Origin: a bacterium
GTDB lineage: Bacteria; Patescibacteriota; Saccharimonadia; UBA4664
Direction of reading: 5' to 3'
Length of the DNA stretch: 33,764 nucleotides
Assembly: GCA_027449805.1 (NCBI GenBank)
Contig: DAIDKY010000001.1
Coordinates: 1 to 33,764, forward strand
The position numbers and the translations under genes were made by a program. The notes under the pieces are model-generated. The model was not told the DNA's origin, did no database searches, and saw only the letters and a program-made list of their open reading frames with translations. Below are positions 16,078 to 24,466 of the stretch, in pieces. The first letter of the stretch is position 1. Each line of letters opens with the position of its first letter.

Positions 16078-17161
16078 GATAGGCACTATGTCTAATATCT
16101 TAAGCCTCGAGGCATTTAAATCCGACTGCAATAAACGACTTGAGCGTCTTTATAGCGCACGCATTGACCAGGCAGAGGCAATCGATGCCAGTTATGCCGA
16201 ATTAATATCTGAGCTCCGTACGTTAATCCTACGAGGCGGTAAACGGTTGCGCCCATATCTTACCTACCTAACCTACATGGGGCTAGGCGGCAAAGACACG
16301 GAGGCAATACTTGATTTCGTTGCTTCCCAAGAGCTTTTTCATAACTTTTTAATTATTCATGATGATGTTTTTGATCACGATGTAATGCGCTACGGCGGTC
16401 TTAATATTGCCGGCCGTTATCAAACTACGCTGTCAAAAAAACTTACGCCCTCTGCTAGAAAACATCTAGCCAACACAATGGCGGTTATGGGAGGCGACGT
16501 TACGATCGGACTTGGATTTAGACAGATAATCGAATCGGATTTCCCGGCAGAGACTCGACTCAAAGCCTTGCGTCGAGTCGAGCAAATGATCTTTGATGTT
16601 GCCGGAGGCGAGGTTCTGGACGTATTGATACCGACCTTCGACCTCAACGATGTTACCGAAGAGCGATTATTGCAGACCTATCGCTATAAGACTGCCTCTT
16701 ACAGCTTCGAGGCTCCGATGCAACTGGGAGCAGTCTTGGCAGATGCCGACGATAATACTTTGGCTGCGATTACCGACTTTGCGGTGCCTCTGGGTATCGC
16801 CTTTCAGCTTGCTGACGACCTTCTAAGTGCCTACGGCAACGAGTCCGAGATTGGCAAGTCGGTACTATCGGATCTCCGTGAGGGTAAACGGACTATCCTC
16901 ATAATCAAAGGGATTGAGTTAGCCGACAAACAAGGTCGTGAAGCGATTTATCATGCACTTGGCAACCCCAAAGCCAGCTACAGCGATTTAGGGGCTGTCC
17001 GCACGGTTCTGGATGACTGCGGAGCGCGCCATTATGTCGAATCATTAGCAGCTAGCGAGGTTGAACAGGCTTTATCGCAGCTAAAAGCGATCGGCCTCAG
17101 CAGCGAGGCTCAAGGTGCGATCGAGAAGCTCGCGCAGTTTACAATACATCGGCGAGCCTAG
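16070..17161 (+). CDS. trans-polyprenyl diphosphate synthase
   Basis: First Asp-rich motif IIHDDVFD, KTASYSF, and second Asp-rich motif FQLADDLLS…GK. The ATG overlaps the kinase stop (ATGAGTAA). Confidence 0.85.
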   Translation: MSKIGTMSNILSLEAFKSDCNKRLERLYSARIDQAEAIDASYAELISELRTLILRGGKRLRPYLTYLTYMGLGGKDTEAILDFVASQELFHNFLIIHDDVFDHDVMRYGGLNIAGRYQTTLSKKLTPSARKHLANTMAVMGGDVTIGLGFRQIIESDFPAETRLKALRRVEQMIFDVAGGEVLDVLIPTFDLNDVTEERLLQTYRYKTASYSFEAPMQLGAVLADADDNTLAAITDFAVPLGIAFQLADDLLSAYGNESEIGKSVLSDLREGKRTILIIKGIELADKQGREAIYHALGNPKASYSDLGAVRTVLDDCGARHYVESLAASEVEQALSQLKAIGLSSEAQGAIEKLAQFTIHRRA

Positions 17162-17283
17162 ACGAGGTTACAGTACAAATCCGCCATTTTATGTAAAAAT
17201 AACTAGTTTTATGGTGGATAATACAGAGTAAATGGGGAAATCAGTCTAAAAGTTGATATTCAAGGGCGAAGAGTGCTTTAATA

Positions 17284-18510
17284 ATGCTAATGCTTTGCCC
17301 AAACTGTCACTCAGATGATGTCATCACCGTACAGGATCAACAGATCTGTGTTAACTGCGGGCGTTTATTAACTAAAGCCGAGGCAGCCGCACAAATAAAA
17401 AAAGCTCCGTCATCAAAGATAAAAGTTGCTTCAAAGCGCGGTCCTGGACGGCCACGTGCCGCCAAGCTCGATACTCCCATGCAAAAACCCGCTTCGCATA
17501 GTGTGTCGATCAATGATATTAAGCCTCGGAGACCCGCGCCCCAGCCGGCCTCAACGCCCGAAATCACACCAATTGCACTAAAGTCGAAGAAGGCGAAGAT
17601 TAAGCATGGTGCAGCATTTATGGCCGGTTTTAGGGCTTTGCGTCCCACGTGGATCGCTTTGATGCTGCCGGGAGCTATTACGGTTGCCATTGCACTTGTC
17701 TATACGGCTAATTCGTATCTCCATACTGCGCGCCTGCAGCAGGCGCCTGAATTTACTATCGCGGTTCTCGTTTTCATCACCGGTCTCGTTTGGTTGCGTT
17801 TTATTCGCGCCGGCGTAATGTTTCAACGCGCCGGGGTCCACGACCATCGTCTATCAAATTACGGATCGGCGCTGCGGGCGAGCCTTGCTAGAGACGGTCA
17901 ACTCAAGCTATTTTATCTACGCCATACCGCAGCGGCGCTTGCCGAACTAAGTCTACTGACTCTTGTTGTTTGGTATGGCGGCCGCTTAACTATTCTTCCT
18001 AATTTACTTCATATCGGCCTGCTCTTTATCGCTTGTTTCGGCCTGCTTTACCTGCTTGGCAGCCTCTGGGTGGTACAACGCTTGGTAGAGGCCGGTATTA
18101 TGGTTAGCAGTCTTAAGTTGCCCGCAGCCCATTGGTTGGCCTGGCGATTTTGGCGCAAACACTGGGAACTGCTTGGCGCTCGATTGATTGCTTTGCTAAT
18201 TATTCTAACGCTCGGCGCCGGGGTTGCGATTGGTCTCAGAGCCGGCCTCCACGGCCTTGATCAAACGATAAAGGTTTGTCTGCTGGTGGGTGTTGGCGGA
18301 TTTGGTATAGCGATTCTTACGGTATTTTCAGGCGGTGTTACAGAAGATCTGTATCGACAACTAGTCGGAATCGATGAGTCAGAACGTTCATCGCGATTAC
18401 TTGGACAACGTCACGCCGTTAAGCCGCGTTGGGGCGCAAAAGTACTCTTTCTCGCCGGTCTTATCCTGCCGTTAGCTGCTGCCGTTATGATCGCATACCT
18501 ATGGCATTGA
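17284..18510 (+). CDS. polytopic membrane protein with N-terminal zinc ribbon and AT-hook-like basic linker
   Basis: CPNC…CVNC (nt 17296-17360), KRGPGRPRAAK (nt 17434-17466), a Pro/Lys-rich linker, then about 8 hydrophobic segments. Confidence 0.65.
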   Translation: MLMLCPNCHSDDVITVQDQQICVNCGRLLTKAEAAAQIKKAPSSKIKVASKRGPGRPRAAKLDTPMQKPASHSVSINDIKPRRPAPQPASTPEITPIALKSKKAKIKHGAAFMAGFRALRPTWIALMLPGAITVAIALVYTANSYLHTARLQQAPEFTIAVLVFITGLVWLRFIRAGVMFQRAGVHDHRLSNYGSALRASLARDGQLKLFYLRHTAAALAELSLLTLVVWYGGRLTILPNLLHIGLLFIACFGLLYLLGSLWVVQRLVEAGIMVSSLKLPAAHWLAWRFWRKHWELLGARLIALLIILTLGAGVAIGLRAGLHGLDQTIKVCLLVGVGGFGIAILTVFSGGVTEDLYRQLVGIDESERSSRLLGQRHAVKPRWGAKVLFLAGLILPLAAAVMIAYLWH

Positions 18511-18604
18511 CTTTTCGAGCTTATTACACTAGTATTGAAGCCAAAGCCGAAGGCTTTTTAATTTTGGCTGCAAACAGCCCTATGACCGCAAAAGGAGACG
18601 GACA

Positions 18605-18787
18605 ATGAGACCACTATTCGAGTATCTCAGTGCATCCCGCGCCGAACTAGCCAAAGTAGCTTGGCCAAACCGCCGCCAGACTGTACGTTTAACCTTCATA
18701 GTTATCATTTTTTCACTGATACTAGCGGTCATTATCGGGGCGCTCGATTACCTCTTCTCGCTCGGTCTGCAGAAACTCATCTCTTAA
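18605..18787 (+). CDS. secE: preprotein translocase subunit SecE
   Basis: 60 aa. It has EL.KV.WP.r…, a single TM, and the conserved position before nusG. Confidence 0.85.
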   Translation: MRPLFEYLSASRAELAKVAWPNRRQTVRLTFIVIIFSLILAVIIGALDYLFSLGLQKLIS

Positions 18788-18802
18788 CCCGTAAGGACAA
18801 TC

Positions 18803-19357
18803 ATGGCGAACGATATTAAGCCCAGCGCAAACTCGACTCAACCCTGGTACGTTATTCATACTTACTCAGGCTATGAGGATAGAGTGGCCGAGAACCTCCG
18901 CCAGCGCATCGAGACGATGCATATGGCCGATAAGATCTTTGATGTAATAGTTCCAAAAGAGAATCAGATCGAGATTAAGAATGGCCGTCGTCGTATTGTT
19001 GAGCGTCGCATCTTCCCAGGCTACGTGCTGGTGCAGATGGATGTTACCGAGGACTCATGGTTCGTCGTTCGTAATACTCCAAACGTGACGGGTTTTGTCG
19101 GTTCTGGCACAACCCCCACGCCGATCGACGAGGATGAGGTTCGACACATTCAAAAGCGAATGGGAGTTGAGGAGCCTAAGTTCAAAATTGACTTCTCGAC
19201 AGGCGAGTCGGTTAACATCGTTGACGGGCCGTTCAAGGGCTTTGACGGCATGGTCTCTGATATCGACGAGAATAAGGGCAAGATCAAAGTATTGGTTAAT
19301 ATGTTTGGACGCGAGACGCCGGTGGAACTCGATTCGCTCCAGGTAAAGAAGATCTAG
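18803..19357 (+). CDS. nusG: transcription termination/antitermination factor NusG
   Basis: WYVIHTYSGYE at the NGN N-terminus and KOW GESVNIVDGPFKGFDG. Confidence 0.95.
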   Translation: MANDIKPSANSTQPWYVIHTYSGYEDRVAENLRQRIETMHMADKIFDVIVPKENQIEIKNGRRRIVERRIFPGYVLVQMDVTEDSWFVVRNTPNVTGFVGSGTTPTPIDEDEVRHIQKRMGVEEPKFKIDFSTGESVNIVDGPFKGFDGMVSDIDENKGKIKVLVNMFGRETPVELDSLQVKKI

Positions 19358-19366
19358 GAGATTACG

Positions 19367-19798
19367 ATGGCAGATGTAGTAAAGCCGGTTAAGGCAAATA
19401 TTAAATTCCGAGTTCCGGCCGGCAAGGCTACGCCCGCCCCGCCGGTAGGCTCTACCCTCGGAGCCCATGGTGTTAATATGATGGACTTTATCAACGCTTT
19501 TAACGAACAGACGCGTGAGATGGATGGTTTACTTAGCGTCCGTGTAGCGGTTTACGAGGACCGAACCTTTGACTTTAGCGTTAAAGGTGAGTCAATGGCC
19601 TCGCTTATCCGTAAGGCTGCCGGCGTCGAAAAGGGCTCGGGTGTACCGAACAAGACTAAAGTCGCGACTCTAACCAAGGCGCAGGTCAGCGAGTTGGCCG
19701 AGAAGAAGATGGCCGATATGAACGCACACGACCTCGAGGCTGCCGCTAAGGTGGTTGCCGGAACCGCCCGCTCGATGGGAATCGAAGTCGAAGCATAA
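19367..19798 (+). CDS. rplK: 50S ribosomal protein L11
   Basis: PAGKATPAPPVGSTLGAHGVN and MDF…FN motifs. Confidence 0.95.
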   Translation: MADVVKPVKANIKFRVPAGKATPAPPVGSTLGAHGVNMMDFINAFNEQTREMDGLLSVRVAVYEDRTFDFSVKGESMASLIRKAAGVEKGSGVPNKTKVATLTKAQVSELAEKKMADMNAHDLEAAAKVVAGTARSMGIEVEA

Positions 19799-19849
19799 AC
19801 TAATAATGTAACGTGGGAGGTCGAGCAGACCGCTTGAACCACGAAGGAG

Positions 19850-20872
19850 ATGAAGATGGCAAAGGCCAAGAAGACTGAAGAAGAAATTATTGAAACTGAG
19901 GAGCTGGCCGAAGAGCTCGAAGAGGTTCGAGAAACTGAGCCTAATATTGATTTGCCCGACGAAGCCGTTAACATGAACGACACCGGCGAGGGCGAGCCGA
20001 ATGAGATTGATGAGGATGGCGCTCCTCGTCCTACCAAAGCCGGCAAGCGTAGTGCTAAGGCTCAGCGCGAGGCAGAAGAGGAGGAGGCACGCCAGGAGGC
20101 TAAGGAGCAACCTAAGGAAGCCCCTGCGAAGGTTGTGCACCGTCGCCAGGAGCCCAACCCGTTGCATCAGCACGGTAAGAAATATCGTGAAGTGGCCAAG
20201 AAGGTCGAGCCTGGCAAGATTTATTCCCTGGAAGAAGCCCTGGCTCTTGCAGTTGATACCGCCACAACCAAGTTTGATTCAAGCGTCGAGGTCCACATTG
20301 GACTTGGTGTAGACCCGCGTCAGGCTGATCAGATGGTCCGTGCCAGCGTTGTACTGCCTCATGGTACCGGGCGTAGTATCCGTGTTGCCGTCATCGCGTC
20401 CGAGGCAAAGCAAGCCGAGGCTAAGGCCGCCGGTGCTGATCGTATCGGTGAAGCCGACCTCCTGGCCGAGATCGAGAAAGGTAAACTCGACTTCGACCTA
20501 CTGATCGCCACTCCTGACATGATGAGCAAACTGGGCAAGGCCGCCAAGGTCTTAGGCCCGCGTGGTCTAATGCCGAATCCAAAGAGCGGCAGTGTTACAC
20601 CAGATGTTGCAACGGCCGTTAAGCAGGCAAAGGCAGGCAAGGTAGAGTTCCGTATCGACAAGCAGGCCATCGTTCACCAGGCTGTCGGCAAGGTCAGTTT
20701 TAAGGCCGATGATCTCCTCAATAACACCAAGACATTGATCGCCGCTGTAATGAACGCCAAGCCCTCGACCACTAAGGGCACCTATGTAAAGTCCATGGCA
20801 ATTGCCACCACTATGGGCCCGGGCGTAAAAGTCGATGTGACCCAGGCGATCGCACTGAGCACTAAGCGTTAA
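19850..20872 (+). CDS. rplA: 50S ribosomal protein L1 with an N-terminal acidic/basic extension of about 105 aa
   Basis: Residues from about 108 onward align to canonical L1 (VLPHGTGRS, LGPRGLMPNPK.G.VT). The first roughly 105 aa are Glu/Lys-rich low complexity. RBS GAAGGAG is present. Confidence 0.9.
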   Translation: MKMAKAKKTEEEIIETEELAEELEEVRETEPNIDLPDEAVNMNDTGEGEPNEIDEDGAPRPTKAGKRSAKAQREAEEEEARQEAKEQPKEAPAKVVHRRQEPNPLHQHGKKYREVAKKVEPGKIYSLEEALALAVDTATTKFDSSVEVHIGLGVDPRQADQMVRASVVLPHGTGRSIRVAVIASEAKQAEAKAAGADRIGEADLLAEIEKGKLDFDLLIATPDMMSKLGKAAKVLGPRGLMPNPKSGSVTPDVATAVKQAKAGKVEFRIDKQAIVHQAVGKVSFKADDLLNNTKTLIAAVMNAKPSTTKGTYVKSMAIATTMGPGVKVDVTQAIALSTKR

Positions 20873-20892
20873 GGACCTGCCGACCAAATAGT

Positions 20893-21255
20893 CTAGACGG
20901 CAGGCCTGGGGTTGAGTTCTTTATCGGGGAGACGGCTGCGATCGAGCGGCCACGTCTCGTCGCCATAGCGCGAGTCGAGGACGGTATCCTCAATCTTATA
21001 TCGCCAAATTACGAAGCCCTGACGAGTCAACTCGTCCATAAGCGCTAGCATCCGACCCTTGAGATCTTCGAGGGTCTTGCTGCGTCCGGTGGCGAAGGAG
21101 TCGTCACGCGAACGCTCTGGGAGATCGTTCTGTCGTCTTCGCATGAGCAGCTCGGCTACATGGAAGCCGTAATGGCTGCATATCGTTACGAGCTCTTCGT
21201 GCTGCTCATCGAAGAGCGGCTCGAGAGTGATGTGTGCCTCGTAGTAGTACGTCAT
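20893..21255 (-). CDS. hypothetical protein (120 aa)
   Basis: Strong RBS AAAGGAG 4 nt before the ATG. The N-terminus YYYEAHITLEP contains a single H-x-T-x motif. No domain could be securely recognised. Confidence 0.65.
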   Translation of the reverse strand: MTYYYEAHITLEPLFDEQHEELVTICSHYGFHVAELLMRRRQNDLPERSRDDSFATGRSKTLEDLKGRMLALMDELTRQGFVIWRYKIEDTVLDSRYGDETWPLDRSRLPDKELNPRPAV

Positions 21256-21391
21256 CTTGCTCCTTTGTCGGATAGTACGGGGTGCTTCCTGGATGTATTA
21301 ATAATACCGAACAAAAGGCGTACATGCAATGAGGAATTTCCGTGATATGATTTTCCTCAAGTATGTCTTTATAAACTCGAAAGGATCAAAA

Positions 21392-22069
21392 ATGGGAGTC
21401 TTTAGTAATCTCCAAATCCGCGCCGCCATCGAGAGTGGTCAGATCGTGGTACATCCGCTCGTTCCAGAGAACGTTCGCGGTTCGAGCGTCGATGTAACCC
21501 TGGGTGAATGGTTTTATGCGACGGAGAAGAGTAACAACCAGAGTCACCTTAACCCGTTTGATGCCGCGGATGTAGCACGGTATTTTGGCAACCCGTTACA
21601 GGCAATGCCAAATGCCGAATGGTGCGAATTGCATCATTGCTTGCCGTTCGCCGGTATACCAGATGATCATCCGGTTATCGTTTTGGGGCCAGGCGAGCGA
21701 ATCCTTGCTCATACGCATGAGTTCATTGGCATTCACGCACCGGGTACAACGGAGATGAAGTCCCGGTCAAGCTGGGGGCGTCTCGGTGTCGCGGCATGTT
21801 TCGATGCGGGCTGGGGTGATCCCGGGTACATCAATCGCTGGACGATGGAGATCTACAACCTCAACCAACGTGAGGCTGTACCCCTGCCTGTAGGAGAACG
21901 AATCGCCCAGATCATCTTTCACGAAACGGGAGAGGTCGAGGATGACTACGGCGCAGTCGGAAAGTACCAGACCGGCTCAGACCTGGCGGAGTTGATCGCA
22001 CAGTGGAGTCCATCACAGATGCTTCCCCGGGCGTTTAAAGATGAGCGCCGTACTCCACTCCCAGTGTGA
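21392..22069 (+). CDS. dcd: dCTP deaminase family protein
   Basis: SSVDVTLG, KSRSSWGRLGV and GWGDPGY…TMEIYN (Ser/Arg/Glu catalytic contexts), with a GKYQ tail. The start is set at ATG 21392 (RBS AAAGGA). Confidence 0.8.
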   Translation: MGVFSNLQIRAAIESGQIVVHPLVPENVRGSSVDVTLGEWFYATEKSNNQSHLNPFDAADVARYFGNPLQAMPNAEWCELHHCLPFAGIPDDHPVIVLGPGERILAHTHEFIGIHAPGTTEMKSRSSWGRLGVAACFDAGWGDPGYINRWTMEIYNLNQREAVPLPVGERIAQIIFHETGEVEDDYGAVGKYQTGSDLAELIAQWSPSQMLPRAFKDERRTPLPV

Positions 22070-22121
22070 TACCATAACTGGGAGCTAGGTGAGAGTTCGA
22101 CGACCCTTGAAAAGAGGCAAA

Positions 22122-22805
22122 ATGCAGACACGCACTACTGGTGCGCTAATCGTGATCGACGGTCCCGACGGGACCGGAAAGGGCACGCAACACGATCATC
22201 TGAAGAAGCGTCTTAAGAAGCAAGGGGCGCCGTATACATCGTATGACTTTCCGATCTACAGCAGCCCTCCCGCCTGGTATATCGAGGCGTATCTTCGTGG
22301 CGATTTCGGAACGTTGGAGGAGATTGGGCCTGAGTTGGCCTCACTCTTCTTTGCACTTGAGCGCTTTTCTCAGAAGCAGGATATTCTGCGTGATCTTGCT
22401 GCCGGCAAAGTCTTGATCTCCAACCGTTACGTTGCTGCCAACATGGGGCATCAGGGGGCCAAGATCAACGATCCGAATGAGCGCCTAGCGTTCTATCGGT
22501 GGCTGGATGAGCTCGAATACGTCATCTGTGGCTTGCCACGAGCAAACCTCAACATCATTCTCGAGCTCCCGCCCGAGATTGCACAGCAACGTGTTGATGG
22601 GAAAGCATCACGCGCTCACCTCCACGGTGAGACTCGAGACCTCCACGAAGCCAGTCTGGACCATCTTACGATGGCAGCAGACCGGTATCGTGAGATCTGC
22701 GATCTGTTCCCGGAGGAATTCGTACGTGTTGATGCAAGTGGCAGCGAAGAAGAAGTCCATGAGCGAATCTGGGCTCATGTCGAACGACTCCTGGAAGGGG
22801 ATTGA
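22122..22805 (+). CDS. tmk: thymidylate (dTMP) kinase family protein
   Basis: P-loop IDGPDGTGKGTQ, a (D/N)RY-type motif SNRYVAANMGHQG, and a LID-like basic segment. The start is set at ATG 22122 (RBS AAGAGG). Confidence 0.75.
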   Translation: MQTRTTGALIVIDGPDGTGKGTQHDHLKKRLKKQGAPYTSYDFPIYSSPPAWYIEAYLRGDFGTLEEIGPELASLFFALERFSQKQDILRDLAAGKVLISNRYVAANMGHQGAKINDPNERLAFYRWLDELEYVICGLPRANLNIILELPPEIAQQRVDGKASRAHLHGETRDLHEASLDHLTMAADRYREICDLFPEEFVRVDASGSEEEVHERIWAHVERLLEGD

Positions 22806-22806
22806 G

Positions 22807-24414
22807 ATGACAGATAGCAACGGATATGTCGCCGAGCGGTCAGATGGTGGCAAGGAGATCACGCCGAAGGGGCATGATCGCCTCAGTGGCCTTGTGACCA
22901 CCACGACGGGTCCTGTCTATGTGATCACCAACGATGTTCCACAAGCCACCGTTGCGGCGGCTATGGCGCGTCTATCGCGAAGGCCCGGGGATCTGCGTGT
23001 CACCCTGCTCGAGGAGTTTCTCGACCAGGATCTACGTGACGGTCAGCTGCTCGAACGAGTTATAACCCAGTTCGGTGATGACTCTGTGCAGCAACTCGTC
23101 AGCGTGGACTTTGCGGTGGAAGGGTGCTCAAACCTCCTCACAAAGATGCTTGAGTGGGCTCGCTTCGGTGCCTACCTGGAGCAGTCGACACGCTACATAC
23201 CGTTCGATCAGCTTGGCGCGGACGGCCACTTCAACTTCTTTGTTCCAGAGGAGTTGAAGGGTGATCTGCGTGAGCACTACATCTCCGAGATGGACGGCAT
23301 CTTCGCGGCTTACTCATTGATGATCGAGCCGATGATTGAACACGTTCGTAAAACAACTGAGCCAAGCAGCAACTCGGCGCGCGACATCAATGCATGGAAA
23401 AACGCGTCACGCGCAACGGCGCTCGACGCAGTGCGTTCACTTTTGCCCGTGGCAACACGGTCGACTGTAGGTGTTCACATGTCCGCACAAACACTCGAGA
23501 ACTTGATCATCACCATGCGGTCCAGCGTACTTAGCGAGGCCCGTGACACAGCTGACGCTCTTCTAACCGAAGCACGCAAGGTGATTCCTGACTTTCTCCA
23601 GCGAGTCGACCGCCCCGACAGGGGCAACATGCGTTCGCTCTACCGAGAGAACCTGAGAAATGACCTAACCGAGTTGGCTTCTCAGCTCACTGGAGGCCCG
23701 GTTGATGACGGTGAGCCGGTGAGGCTTATCGACTATTGGCCTAGCAACGAAAACGAGTTGTTAGCGGGAATACTTTTCCCCTACAGTTCACACTCGATCG
23801 AAGAGATCAGTCGTCAGGTCGGCGAGTGGCCATCAATCGATCAGGAGCTCATCTGGAGAGCTGCCATTGGTGAACGCGCGGACCGGCGAGATCGTCCGGG
23901 ACGTGCCTTCGAGAAAGCCCATTACGAGTTCACCGTTGTTGGTGACTACGGTACCTTCCGCGATCTGCAACGCCATCGCGTGGTCGACGCCATGGAGTGG
24001 CAGATGCTCACCCCAGCCAACGCCTACGCGATACCTGATCTGGTCACGGCGGCGGGTTGTGAAGATGCCTTCATTGAGGTCTTCGCTCGTTCGGAGCGTC
24101 TCTATGAGCTTCTGCGTGAACGAGTCTCTCCCGAAGTGGCACAATACGCCACGCTGCTGGGGCATCGCATGCGCTACCGTCTCATCGTCAACGGCCGGGC
24201 CCTCTACCACCTGCTCGAGCTTCGCACGGGCAAGGCGGGACACCCCGGCTACCGTAAGATCTGTCAGCAGATGTTCGCTCTGGTCGAGCAGGTTCATCCG
24301 CAGCTCGCAAGAGGTATGAAGTACGTCGACCTGGAACCGCCGACTGGCCTTGGCCGTCTGGCAGCCGAAGAGCGCACCGCACGTAAACTGGCGTTCCTCG
24401 AAGCCAACGATTAG
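22807..24414 (+). CDS. thyX: tandem-domain flavin-dependent thymidylate synthase (ThyX)-like protein, 535 aa
   Basis: Two ThyX-like halves are present. Half 1 has WARFGAYLEQSTRY (nt 23155-23196) and LPVATRSTVGVHMSAQTLENL. Half 2 has FRDLQRHRVVDAMEWQ (RHR at nt 23971-23979) and LIVNGRALYHLLELR. The ATG lies 1 nt after the tmk TGA. Confidence 0.65.
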   Translation: MTDSNGYVAERSDGGKEITPKGHDRLSGLVTTTTGPVYVITNDVPQATVAAAMARLSRRPGDLRVTLLEEFLDQDLRDGQLLERVITQFGDDSVQQLVSVDFAVEGCSNLLTKMLEWARFGAYLEQSTRYIPFDQLGADGHFNFFVPEELKGDLREHYISEMDGIFAAYSLMIEPMIEHVRKTTEPSSNSARDINAWKNASRATALDAVRSLLPVATRSTVGVHMSAQTLENLIITMRSSVLSEARDTADALLTEARKVIPDFLQRVDRPDRGNMRSLYRENLRNDLTELASQLTGGPVDDGEPVRLIDYWPSNENELLAGILFPYSSHSIEEISRQVGEWPSIDQELIWRAAIGERADRRDRPGRAFEKAHYEFTVVGDYGTFRDLQRHRVVDAMEWQMLTPANAYAIPDLVTAAGCEDAFIEVFARSERLYELLRERVSPEVAQYATLLGHRMRYRLIVNGRALYHLLELRTGKAGHPGYRKICQQMFALVEQVHPQLARGMKYVDLEPPTGLGRLAAEERTARKLAFLEAND

Positions 24415-24430
24415 ACCTCGCGTCTGATCT

Positions 24431-24466
24431 AGCCCGTAATCGTAACCGATTGCGGGCTCTTACTTT
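24431..24466 (+). terminator. 12-bp hairpin with a weak T-rich tail after thyX
   Basis: agcccgtaatcg (24431-42), loop taac, cgattgcgggct (24447-58), then cttacttt. Confidence 0.55.

Noticed and set aside
19552-20173. Two long antisense ORFs (164 and 167 aa) opposite rplK/rplA.
   Set aside because: They are artefacts of the stop-poor complement of repetitive GAA/GAG/GCC codons in bona fide ribosomal protein genes. Their products are low-complexity Ser/Leu-rich sequence.
22507-22806. The 100-codon N-terminal extension of the ThyX ORF in the track (start 22507).
   Set aside because: It lies entirely inside tmk in another frame. ATG 22807, 1 nt after the tmk stop and preceded by GGAAGGGG, gives a product that begins where ThyX-like similarity begins.
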